A DNA stretch of 64,000 nt from Macrostomum lignano (taxonomy: Eukaryota): positions 146,404-210,403 of the forward strand of contig NIVC01002036.1 in NCBI GenBank assembly GCA_002269645.1, written 5' to 3'. The stretch's first letter is position 1. The number at the start of each line of letters is the position of its first letter. The notes under the pieces are model-generated. The model was not told the DNA's origin, ran no database searches, and saw only the letters and a program-made list of their open reading frames with translations. Position numbers and translations under genes: made by a program. This document shows positions 26,701-37,083 of this stretch, piece after piece.

Positions 26701-28372
26701 CTTCATTTATCAAATCTACTTTTTCTTCATTTATAATTACTTAATTCAAAATTTCTATTTCTAAACTATTGCATATTTTACACTTCAGATCATGTAGTAT
26801 ATGCCTAAAAATTTGGGTGTGCATTGGCCTTGCACTCCAAAATTAGGCATGCATCACTCTTAAAAAAATAATATGCATGCACACCTGATATGCACTTTAT
26901 AGAATCACACATATTAGTTATTGTAAAGTAGAAAAAATTATTTTTTAAGCATAAATTTTAAGCTTTCTAGTTTTTTTAAGCTTGTAAAAAAGCATTGATT
27001 GAAACAAATCTTTGTATGTATTAATTTTCTACTATAAATAGTATTGCCAAAAAAGCATAAAAATCAATCAAATTATCTGCTAATAAATGTCTATTATGCA
27101 ATTCAAAAAGGTCATTTATTGTCATAACATAAAAAAGGTCATTTATTGTTGCAACAGTATATATTTGAAAATAAGCATACACTAATTTTTTGGCATGCAT
27201 TTGTAATCATTCAATTTTTGTTTAGACATACACCTAATATGATCTAGATTATAGTGTATATTGATATTGTTCTTTGCCATCTATAAAATTTTTTCCAAAG
27301 TTTAGGCACAAATTTAGACAAATTATAATTTAGTTTAACTAGAAAGTTAAACCATACTTGGAAATAAAATTTTTCAAAAGTTAATTATTAAACTAATAGT
27401 TATTAATGTTAATTACCATGAAAATATAATGTTAATAATATTAGTTATAAATTTGCTTTGTTACCAAAGTGGTTGTTACTAAAGTGGCTATTACCAAAGT
27501 GGATTGTATTTCCCCCTATTGCATTAGATTTTATTTATTAATATACATTATCATACATATAGATATGACAAAATCCAAACACATGGAATAAAATAGTAAA
27601 ACAAGTCTGCGGACATTCAATAGAAGGTAATATATCTAAAAAAGCTTTTTGAAAGACAGATAGGTCTTTAAAAAATAGTTTTGTAAACATAAATCACTGA
27701 AACATCTTATCACCAAAACGACTGGTACCCATAAGATACTTAAAGTTAATAAAATACATTATTATAGCTTTTCTATCATTTTTATTAGAGTCATTTTAGG
27801 TTGTAATTAAACTTACCATTTTAACAAATCATTTTATTAAAAGTAAAACTATATATAAATAATTTCTGCTTTTAAAGACTTTTTAGGCCCTCCTACCTTT
27901 TTAAAACTTATATAAATTTATTTTATAGCTTTATTGCTTTCAAATTGCCAAAAAACAAATTTTCATAAAACTTGCCCCCAATTTCTGGATTTCGCCATGT
28001 AGTATATATATGATACATACATGTACCTTGTCCTTAGCCATCTATACCCTTGTTAAAAATGTGTATAACTTTTTTAACTTTTTTGGACACATCTAACTCT
28101 TTTTGCAACATTTTAAGTGTTGTAAAAATAAAGTATTGGAAGATGTGTCCGAAAATGTGTTGGCAAAAGTTTTAAAGTTATATAGATAGGTCATTCAAAA
28201 TTCTCTGGATCTGTAGGCCTACCTGTTGCTGTTAATTACCTAGCAATAACAGACAAGTTGCAAGGACATGAAATTTGTATAAATTAGTTTACAAAAGTAT
28301 ACTATAACAGACTTCCAAATGCCTTACCTGTTTTGCTTTAGCTAATGCAGCTTCAAAAGTTGGGTTGCTCAT
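17714..28372 (-). CDS. FUBP1: Far upstream element-binding protein / KHSRP / PSI homolog (4 KH domains + DUF1897 repeat), 6 coding exons, ~674 aa
   Basis: Exons 28372-28328 (MSNPTFEAALAKAKQ|), 24109-23341 (IAASL..., KH1-KH2), 20329-19965, 19444-19154, 18681-18319 and 17905-17714 all have GT-AG ends and are phase-consistent. Four GxxG KH loops are present (IGRGGE x2, IGKGGE x2), as is the C-terminal DYSLAWAEYYRRQG motif. The Q|IAA intron position matches that recalled for vertebrate FUBP1. A likely 73-bp 5'UTR intron lies at 28381-28453. The symbol denotes the family, not a specific paralog. Confidence 0.92.
17995..18275. repeat. 21-bp minisatellite (CTCT(G/C)CTACCCCATCTAGCAC) x ~13 in the last coding intron of the FUBP gene
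   Basis: Visible 21-bp period between donor 18318 and acceptor 17906. Confidence 0.93.
19455..19735. repeat. ~20-bp minisatellite (GGGCGGCGGTGAAGGGTAAT) x ~14 in FUBP intron 3
   Basis: Visible 20-bp period inside intron 19445-19964. Confidence 0.92.
20874..22781 (+). CDS. Divergent TRP (TRPV-like) cation channel, 635 aa, intronless CDS nested antisense in FUBP intron 2
   Basis: Long open frame with an ankyrin-like motif (LTPLEYAAARDCFHLAAAF) and six hydrophobic segments. A pore-helix-like GRTFRYTFTLGEFS lies between S5 and S6, and S6 reads VFLLNFGVGLLTQQI (cf. TRPV LLNMLIA-M). The ORF lies wholly within intron 20330-23340. Confidence 0.75.
   Translation: MSNSGESKSAVQGAATSRARKLAWNEGNSKDEILEIKDTDEISAMELQDRSMELLHFGNYAQFAAELQQHPELLRHSDCRFCDGVTDDSSEADRQPKLSQFCLVLLARDDELASRAVELVDSLGLWDRVRCALFLLVDFCCSSLASPTDEAQLAWFFARLSRQHPDACARLLSEELTADCLTPLEYAAARDCFHLAAAFANAPGYLIREREHPTDPNLLVEEVDLSRYSSSGGDRFLKSPFVKFVLSAQQLIGDKLPPSYLCFFKSPVAQAYFSSIGNNAQYQLATLISLAFNTLTFIFLLATLNIRIFTMNTFNSSVQVKIPGQKDYSLAFIDVVSPEFIASYRYLFYIRISIQVFTILSGLYWIAAEFVNHYTTPKLMRQRWKGLLWIKGFATLRGCIFEGVMLGFFGIQIAALVLEQLFFLDPSSYFQVGRDWFVESVRLQLVFIIDTEFMVMMMLLFACKMAGYCQTVFYVLHCLNACVTLIYIICLPLLLVGFTMLLNQPYVTCQSFSWVCAMDYLGRTFRYTFTLGEFSGISDYLVLWPQAVVYLWVAVFLLNFGVGLLTQQIAVLQENVEVRQAIFVAYVSQQYAMSRWSPMGLLRPKRPSRFVLTRGRVNIKSSSWIDGCHFFSEYE
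24354..24454. mobile_element. 101-bp TA-flanked MITE-like element
   Basis: TA|CCTCATGAGGCCA ... TGGCCTCATGAGG|TA. The inverted repeat extends to 18 bp (24349-24366 / 24442-24459) including flanks. Confidence 0.5.
25228..27513. mobile_element. Degenerate TIR-bounded non-autonomous element in FUBP intron 1
   Basis: Left GGTAACAGTCC...(CCACTTTAGTAA)n matches the reverse complement of right (TTAC(C/T)AAAGTGG)n...GGATTGTATTTCC over ~60 bp. No clear TSD and no coding remnant. Confidence 0.45.
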
Positions 28373-29672
28373 TTTTCCAGCTAGAAAACTTGGAGTCTAT
28401 TTGTCTATATAAATTTAAGTTAAAATTAGAAACAAAATTTGACTTTGTTTCACCTGAGTTTGTTGACTAATGTGGGTCAATTCGATCGAGCTGAGAGAGA
28501 TCAAAATGATTATGGGTGAATCACGAGTCTCAATTTGCGGACCTACACTCTGGATTACACTGGTGTGAAGTTAGCACAATGTAAACTGATCAAGACAAAA
28601 CTACTACTGATTAAACCTAAGCAATTGTTAGAGCTTAGAAACAATATATTAAGCTTATTTAAATTATTAATTAGGCTTAAAGTTAAAAAAGTTCAAATTT
28701 ATCATCTTGTTTAGTACGCATTAGTTTTACTTGCTACAGTTGTCATTTAAAAATTTACAAATGCCTTTTTCCAAGAATAGTGGACGAGTGCATTGCATTG
28801 AGGCCGAGGGTTCATAATAGAATTTTTTTGGTCTACTAAAATGGTCAATGGAACACTGACTGCCCAATCCTGAACGCTGAAACACTGTTTGTTATATAGT
28901 ATTTGCAACGAATAGATCATCCTATTCATAATATTTCAAAAACCTTTTTTGCTAAGAAGCCACATTTTGATCATTGATCCTGACTGATGACTCGTGATAA
29001 TTATTTAGTCCTGCTACTGCTAGCAGATTTTGATTTTGTCTAGAAAATGTCGGCTAGCAGATTTTTTATAGCTAAGTTCGTACTCTCACAATTTCAGGCA
29101 GAGCAGAATTCATAGGGAAAATGAAAATTGAAGTTCATTTTTCAACAGTAGGCCTAGTGCAACCAGAAATTTGTTGAGGGGAGAGCACATTCTGGAGAGT
29201 AAAGACCCGCGGGGGCGGCAGAGGGGTGGCTCTGTTTTTGGCAAAAATTTGTTTGGCCTCCCTTTGATTTTTTAAGGTCTCCACCTAAGAAATGCAATAT
29301 ACCTCCCCTCCTAATGGCTATGGCTAGTTATGCCACTGAATTTTCATGTCATTTTATGCCCATTGGCCCTAGTCATTTTTATTAATAATAGGCCTTAGGT
29401 CTAGTCTAGTATATTTTTTTGGCTATTTATGCTATATACTACTAAACTAATCAATCATTTGTCTTTAGTTTTGGGATCTAGTAGGCAATCTCAATAGGCC
29501 AATGCTATGATATCTTGTCTTTTTAAGCTATTGTGTTATGTCTTGAATTTAAAATAAGCTGCACATTGCACAAGTTGTTAAGTAGTGCTCCAAAATAATT
29601 GCATACTTCTTATGCTCTAGACCTCTTAAGGTTCTTTTATATTTTAGCTTGCTATACAGTGGGCTTTAAAAT

Positions 29673-32600
29673 GGTAACCAGTCATTTTGCCTATAAACCG
29701 TTTTGGCCATGAACATTTCACCCCCTGACCATTTTGCCCATAGACTGTTTTGGCCATGGACCATTTCACCTCTAATTTAGACCATGCAGGGTTGAAATGA
29801 ACAAAGTCATGAGCTGAGAGTTTGCGAAATGAGACGAAAGTGCCAAGAGCACTGAAAAACAACAATACGATTTATTATAAGCGAGGTTCAAATGTAGCCA
29901 CCCCTACTTCCAGGGCTAAAACACCAATAATCTGCATGACCTATATTCAATATATATTAAAATCACAATAGAGCAGAGATCTGCAAAGAATGTGAGCTGC
30001 GGACCATGAGCATTAAGCACATGCACTCCACTGGTATCACAAGTTCCTCAGTCTCAACATTTCTGTCTGGCACTTCTACCGTTACTTTTGCTAAGTAACT
30101 GGTTTGTTTTTGCATTAACATCTGCTCCGACATAGACTCAGCTTGCCTGAAGATTGAAATGACTTACATGTACAGCAGTTTTTTACTTTACTTGATCACA
30201 GTTTTACACTTTGTGCTTTGATTCTCAGTTTTGGTGACAAATCTTAATTATTCTTTTAGTATTTATGGCCTTACCTTGCCTTGTAACCAAAACCCCTTTC
30301 AGCTCCTCCTTGATTGAAATGGCTTTTATATAGCATTTTTACTTTAAAATACTTTATCTTGGTTTTACACTTTGTGCTTTAATTGAAACTGAGAAACCCT
30401 TTCTCACCCTCTGATTGTACAAATTGGCTTTAATTGTTGCACATTTGAAAGGAATGACTTTAAAAAAGCTCATAATAATTCACAATCGTAATAAACAAAC
30501 TCGCAACAATGCAATAGCACAATTGTTGTGGCAACAATTCAGATAATATTTTATTACAAATTAAAACTAAAAATTAGCATTGAAAAAAGAAAATAAAGAT
30601 ACATGTATGGCTGTATCTCTAAAATATATAATGACCATTTTGGCCGAAATGCCCATTGCCCAAAATTTCTCCTCATGGCAATGACCCATGGCAATGGCCG
30701 GCCATTGCCTAGAATTCCAATTTCAATGCAACCAATTAATTCAAGCCAGTTTTTATCCAGCATCTTGCAAAGCGTATCTTGCATCAGTCAATTCAAAATG
30801 TTTATTTTAAGATGTAAATAATTAAACTGGCATAGGAATTGCAAAATCGACAGTACAAAAAGCACAGTGTCAATATATCATGTAAATTTTTGTCGGTGAT
30901 GAACATCATACTGGTCAAGCAAAGTACTAAAAGTCATTAAATAAAAAATATTAAACTAGACTGTCGTTCTTATTCTTTCAGTAATTCTACGAGTACAATT
31001 TGCTGATTCCTGTAGAAGTAAAAATTGCATGCCTAATTAAAGGAACATCCGTGAAAGGTGCAATTGTTGAAGGCAAACTTCGTACCAACAGAATAGGCAG
31101 CTTCAGTGCTAACACTAACCTCCGTCAATACTGCAGTCTCACTGACAATCTCAACAGCATCAGCATGTTCAGGTGGCCCAGCTTCTTGCTCTAGATCATG
31201 ACAATTCAATGCCACCTGAACAGACTCACTCGTCTTTTGAAGCGACTGGTTGGACGCTTGGCTAAGTACCTCCTAGTCGTTCGCTCGCTCAGCTGTCCAG
31301 TAATGCTCATTATATTGCTCATGCTGTGCCCTGTCGCCTCGAGATCGCATATTCGCGTGACCCTGTTTTAGAGTGCAAATTTATATAGTTGGATTCATGA
31401 GTAATTGGTAACATAACATGTATCATAACATAATAAGTTACTATTATTAATTTATCAGTCTTACCAAATGCAATGATTCGTGTAGGTCTTCGCAAGTCCC
31501 ACCTTCGTACTCAAGTTTCTCATGAAGCCACTCAGATAATTCTCTCCACCGTTCTGCTTCGAGAAGAAAACAGGGCCTCCATCATTGCGGCTGGCCAAAG
31601 GATGAGAAAACAGATTGTTGTCCTTTGTTGTAACTGGAAGCAGCTTGAGGTATTTCTCCACCTTTTCCACGTCATAAATTCTGGCCTGCTTGTTGTCCGG
31701 CTGCTTCTTGGCCTTCTCTGGATCTGCTGACTTATTTTTCGAGGGCAATGGAGGCAGACAGTAGTACAGCTTTCCATCAGAGTCGACGTGCAATTGAAGT
31801 GAGCTTCTATCCTTCAAGAACTTGAGGTGCTCCTGGCCTCGCTTGCCAAAGCTGTATATGATGTAGAATAAGAATTTGTCCTGCTCAACTTCAGCTATGC
31901 TGCCTTGGAAGTAGATCATCAGCTTCCTCATGTCCCCCTCCTCGATTGGCTCAAACTGCTGCATCATCCCACCACTCTGGTGAAAGTCTCAAACCTCCAC
32001 ACGCAGCATGCTATTTGCAGAAGAAAAGTCTTCTCCACTGATGATGTCAACAGTTAGCTTCTCGATCATCCGCAAATAGCACTGCAGTCCAGCCCTGATG
32101 CATACCAGCGATGCGGGCAAGTAGGGTTTGCCGTCAATCTTCTTCAGTTTAAAGTAGAAGTAGCAAATGTATTGGTTGAGCACCGAATTCCGAATGGTTT
32201 GTAAATTGCGCTGAAGATTTTCCTCTGTGAGGAATGTCTTGAACTGCTGTCCATGGCACTGATATCTACGCCACCTTCCTGCAGGAGTGGCAGATGCTCA
32301 TCAGGCTCGGGCTCCTTTTGAATGAATTCAAGAAATCTAGCGAACTCGTCGTCCCTTCTGTCATTGTAAGAAGCCTCCAAAACAAAATTCAATTCGTCCT
32401 TGGTCACATTGCCCAGCTCACTGCAAGGCAAATGCTTCCAATTAATGAGTGGTGCCTCCATCTCTGCAGCCATCCGCTTTTCTCTATCTGAGATTTGACC
32501 TCTAGACATGCAAATATTTGTATTTGTAATTAATTTAGGGGTGGGTGCAGAGTAAGGGGTGGGTGACTTCAGGTGCGCGACCTAAAGGTGAGACATAGGC

Positions 32601-32868
32601 GAGGTGGAGGTAACCTTATCTCAAACCCCCTTAGCAGCATTGACTGATAAGAATTCACGATAGTGTACATAAAGTGCATAGATTACATAAGAGTTTTGAA
32701 ATTTAAAGCAATGATGCGTGCGGCGGTAGCCACGAGTGTCAATTAGGCCATTGCCTTAAACTCTGACTTCCAATGAACCCTCCATTGCCAAACTGGTTTA
32801 TGGGCAAAATGTTCTAGGGGCAAAATGTCCATGGCCGAAATGGTTTGGGGGCAAAACAACCGGAATTC
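29673..32868. mobile_element. 3.2-kb element with ~85-bp imperfect TIRs and a near-identical 8-bp flank (Merlin-like), carrying a Crypton-like insert
   Basis: Left GGTAACCAGTCATTTTGCCTATAAACCGTTTTGGCCATG... aligns with the reverse complement of the right end GAATTCCGGTTGTTTTGCCCCCAAACCATTTCGGCCATG... Flanks are TTTAAAAT (29665-29672) and TTTAAAAC (32869-32876). Merlin elements have 8-bp TSDs (established); the family assignment is inference. Confidence 0.55.
31033..32509 (-). pseudogene. Decayed Crypton-like (DUF3504-type) tyrosine recombinase with one spliceosomal intron
   Basis: Fragments: ...YICYFYFKLKKIDGKPYLPASLVCIRAGLQCYL..., FLFYIIYSFGKRGQEHL, YTNHCI(W)|intron 31464-31363|VTRI...IMSITG(Q)LSERTTRRY, and C-terminal FNNCTF. 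Lesions are a frameshift near 32190, an in-frame TGA at 31991-31989, and substituted catalytic R (W) and H (Q). Confidence 0.75.
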
Positions 32869-33603
32869 TTTAAAACTGGTAACTGTCTCTTGGCTTCATG
32901 CAAGCTTATAGATAAAAGCAAAACAATCCAAACTTACAACATAAATACAAGTACACAGTTGTCACATTATATTATATTATATAATTTGTATTGCATAGGT
33001 GCAGTCTATTATAGGCCTAAAAAAAGGATAATATGTAGATATTAACTATTCATCTAATATGAGACAAAAAATATAGCTTTTATTTGTCTAGTATCGGATA
33101 AATATTAAATATATAGAAAATTGTTCCTATAAAATTATAAAGGTTAAAACTAGTAGCATTCATTCATTTCTACTCTCCTGCTCATTAAATAAAGGGCTTA
33201 AATGATCTTGGTTATTCATTATTTTTGCCAATATTATTAGATAGAGAACTATATTTTCCTATAACCTTTTAGCATTTGTTTATTTTGTCTAAAATTTGTC
33301 ATATCTAATAAACTAGTTTCTTTTAGCTATATTTGAAGCTATAATGGAACTCTATTGTTAAAATATTAACTATATTGTAGAATAGTTTTTTAATTTCAAA
33401 TCAAGCTTTTTATGTGTATTTTTTGAAAAAAAGTAATAATTACTTTAACATCATATATACTAGACTCAGCTTTGACATATTATTGGATACAATATTGATA
33501 TTGTTCATGGCTACATAGCTTTGATAGCTCTTTAAAGTGCAGTAACTTTTTTCAGTGCAAGTAACTCAATAATCTAGCAGTTCAATTAGCTGCAACAGTC
33601 AAC

Positions 33604-34385
33604 ATGGACTGGCTCATTGGCAAAGCTCGTGGCAAGCCAGGAGGCGCTGCAATTGCTTCTAATGGCAATTCTGGCTCCAATTCTACAGCTGGGCCAGACG
33701 AGTCCAGACTCTATACCCAGACTGAATATGCGTCCAAGCAGATCTCACTGAGTGCAGATCTGGACAGCCTTCTCGACCAGCCACTGCTGCTCCAGCAGAA
33801 CGAATGGATCGCCACTCACGTGACTGCCCTGTATGAAAATGTTGGCACCCTGTTTGAGGCTGTGTTCGATTTTTGCACCTGCGATCGGTTTACTGGCCCT
33901 GGAGGCGTCAATTTTGGAGTTACTGAGGAGAAAGCAAAGAAGGTGAGAGACCCGCAGGTGTTTAAATCATACCTGGGTTCATGGCAGCTCAACTCATGAA
34001 TGAAATCTTCAATTAACTCGAACTCTGGTGTCTCCAGGCCCGCGCCAACGCCCGCAACCAGATCGACAGCGCCCTGGCCCAGTGCCAGGAGCTGCTCGGC
34101 CAGTTCCCCACCCGCTACGGCCAGGCCTTCCTGCACGACCTGCACTCCGCCTCTGGCTGCGTGCTGCGCCACCTGCTGCACATTCTGGCGCACATCTACT
34201 CAGCGCATTACGACGCCGTGCTGCGCCTCGAACTGGTGCCGCACCTGAACACCGTGACCAGGCACTGCCTGCTGTTCAATGCCAAGTTCCGCATTGTTGA
34301 AGACCGCGAGCTCGACCACCTGGCCGACCTGCAGGCGGCTCTCATTGGCGGCGCCAGTGCGGCTGCTGGCGGCCGCAGCCTTTGA
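33604..34385 (+). CDS. MOB2: MOB kinase activator 2 (MOB2), 2 exons, 228 aa
   Basis: Exons 33604-33942 (AAG|gtgaga) and 34038-34385 (tctccag|GCC) join in phase 0. N-terminus MDWLIGKAR and motifs NEWIA, FCT, FPTRYGQAF and LRHLLHILAHIYSAH...LELVPHLNT match MOB2 as recalled. Confidence 0.9.
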
Positions 34386-35029
34386 TCTTTCTGCCAGGCT
34401 GTCGGTGTTTCTTTTGATCTGTTCTGATTCTAATCAGAAACTCAGTGTTTAGTTCTATTTGGAGCTCAAAGCGGCATCTCTTTTGATCTTTTTTGTGAAG
34501 CTATTGATAAGCCTGATATTCAGGATTCAGATAACAGCGATCGACAGTCGTAGTTCTACATTTTGCTTTTTTGTAAAATAATCTTCTATCTTATTGGAAT
34601 TGGGCAGATTACAGGTAGCTCAAGCTGAATTCCTAAGTGACTTTGCGACTTTCTCATGCTTTTTTACGAGCGTATTCTGAGTCAACAGTTTTTCTCTATT
34701 CTCTTGTTTTTAGACTTTTATTTAAAGCAAGCGTTTGCTAGATAGAGCATGTCCTTTTGAGTCTCCACAACTCCTTCGCGCGGGATTTAATCCTCCTGTC
34801 TAACCAGCTCACTCGGGCTTGGCTTGCAATATGGCCTCGTCAACAGTCGGATCTCTCACGCCTTTGTTTTGATTTTTCTATTCTGGCATTATTTTGCGAT
34901 AATTTTTCTCTATTGCCTCATGTTTTCTGTTGTACAGATTATCACGGTAGATTTGTTTGAAGTATTACGATAATTATAGCTGCTCACTTTGTCTCGCTGG
35001 GCTGCTGCTTTGCTTTGTATTGAATACGA

Positions 35030-35460
35030 CCTCTCCAAACCTCTCATCTCAATCCGTCCCTGTGCATCTCATCTTCCTCACCTCTCATCTCCCTCACATA
35101 TCTCCCTCCTCATATCTTATCTGTCTCCTTACATCTCATCTCCCTTCAAATCTCATCTGTCTCCTCACATCTCATCTCCCTTCACATCTCATCTATCTCC
35201 CTTCACATCTCATCTATCTCCTCACATCTCATCTCTCTCCCCACATCCAATCTCTCCTCACATCTCATCTCCCTTCACATCTCATCTCCCCACATCCAAT
35301 CTCTCCTCACATCTCATCTCCCTTCACATCTCATCTCCCCACATCCAATCTCTCCTCACATCTCATCTCCCTTCACATCTCATCTCTCTTATATCTCATC
35401 TCTCTCCTCACATCTTATTTCCCTTTCCTTCCATATCATTTCAGATCTCATTTCTCGCCT
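35030..35460. repeat. Pyrimidine-rich degenerate minisatellite (CTCCTCACATCTCATCTCC-like)
   Basis: Visible repetition downstream of MOB2. Confidence 0.88.
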
Positions 35461-35997
35461 CACCTGCTCTCATCAAACTCAATTTGCAGTGAATTGCAAT
35501 CCTTCCAGCAATAATTTTGCTTAACTGCTCCAGCAATAACCCGAGCTGCTGATTCAAGAAACCAAGTTAAACAGAAATGAATATCTGCTTGCATATGTTA
35601 GCGTATTGTTAGCTGCGACACTGTGCTTCATCTCGGCTCTGCGGCAGGCAATAAATAAATAATTTTTACCGTCTCCCAGTCTGTCATTATCCCGCACTGA
35701 TCAGCTGCTGTCATTCTTCATCTCACTATCGCGCAGTTTGAACAGATCGGTTTTTAATACAATAAATAGACCGCATTGCGTATCGCTTACCTGATTAGAG
35801 CTCTTATTAATAATATTTACTGTTACTGTTTCTGCAGTACTTAGTCAAACATTTACAAATTACATTAGTGTTGTTTCTGCTTTATTTTACTAATAAGTTT
35901 CAGGTGATCTTATACTCGAATGCCGGTAGGAAGTCCTGGGGCCGAACGAGCTGACAAGATAAAGTTGGCTTCAATTAAGCTACTGGTAATTATAACT

Positions 35998-36320
35998 GAG
36001 GGTCGCTTTCACAAACCCTAAATTTCACAACGTCGCAAGACGCAAACTTTCATAAGCTCTAAATTTCGAAAACAAAACTTGCATCAGACTGCAAAAACTA
36101 TAAATTTCACAAGCCGTAAATTTCACATTATTCGGAGATACAGAAGGATTGTAGAAGAAAGATTGTATCTCCATAGTGTTTTTAGGCGTTGTGAACTTTA
36201 GGGCTTGTGAAATTTAGGGCTTTTGAAATTTAGGGCTTGTGAAATTTAGGTGTTGTGAAATCTGCTGCATTGCTTATTTTCGATGTTGTGGAAATTAGGG
36301 TTTATGAAATATAGGTTTGA
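35998..36320. mobile_element. MITE-like element with TTTCACAA/GTGAAATTTAGGG subterminal repeats
   Basis: TTTCACAAACCCTAAATTTCACAAC near 36010 matches the reverse complement of GTTGTGGAAATTAGGGTTTATGAAA near 36285-36310. Several internal GTGAAATTTAGGG copies are present. Exact ends are uncertain. Confidence 0.5.
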
Positions 36321-37083
36321 CTAGCAATCTACGCCCCCCGTTGGGGAGCCAAAGAAATGCATTTAAATTCTTTAAATGTAGCTCGTTACATTATCTAGGG
36401 AATTTATAATTTCAAAAACTGATTCGGTGTAAAATGCTTTTGATATTAGTCAAATATTAGTATCCATGCCCAACCTTAAAGGTACGCCATGTCTTCACTG
36501 GAGTCTGCACTCCAGCTGCAATATTGAGAGAAAGAGGCGCATTCAAGATCGTCACTGAACTGCGCAGTGGCGAACGCAAAACCTGCAATCTGATGTTTCC
36601 ATTGCTGCGAGCTCTGCTGCACTCCACAGTTTAAATTTCCAGATGAAAATATTTTTGTTTTATCATTTCTGGCAAACAGTTAACTAGATGGCCTTCGTAC
36701 TTCAACTAATTATTCTGAAAAGCATTTAGCACAGGAGAAAAGACAGAAAAGTTCTTCGTAAAAATAATGTACGCGTCCTAATTTTAGATCCACTGTTTAC
36801 GGCATACTTGCACTGAGGGTGCAGTAAATTGGGGTTGACAAAACTAAGCAAGCCAATTGTACACTATCAGAGTACTCTTGGCTTGTAGGCAACGCGTACC
36901 ACAATAAAATGCTCATTCCAAACTGGAAGTACGCCACTCAGTTTGCAAAATATTGTAGCTTGAGGAAGCCGTTCATGATTTTTATTGTTCTCTCACCTCA
37001 AGCATAAATAGAGTAGTTGTCCCGTGCTCATTGCAAACGTTTCTGCTTGAGCTGCTCACTCTATCTTAGGTTAAATTTAAAAA

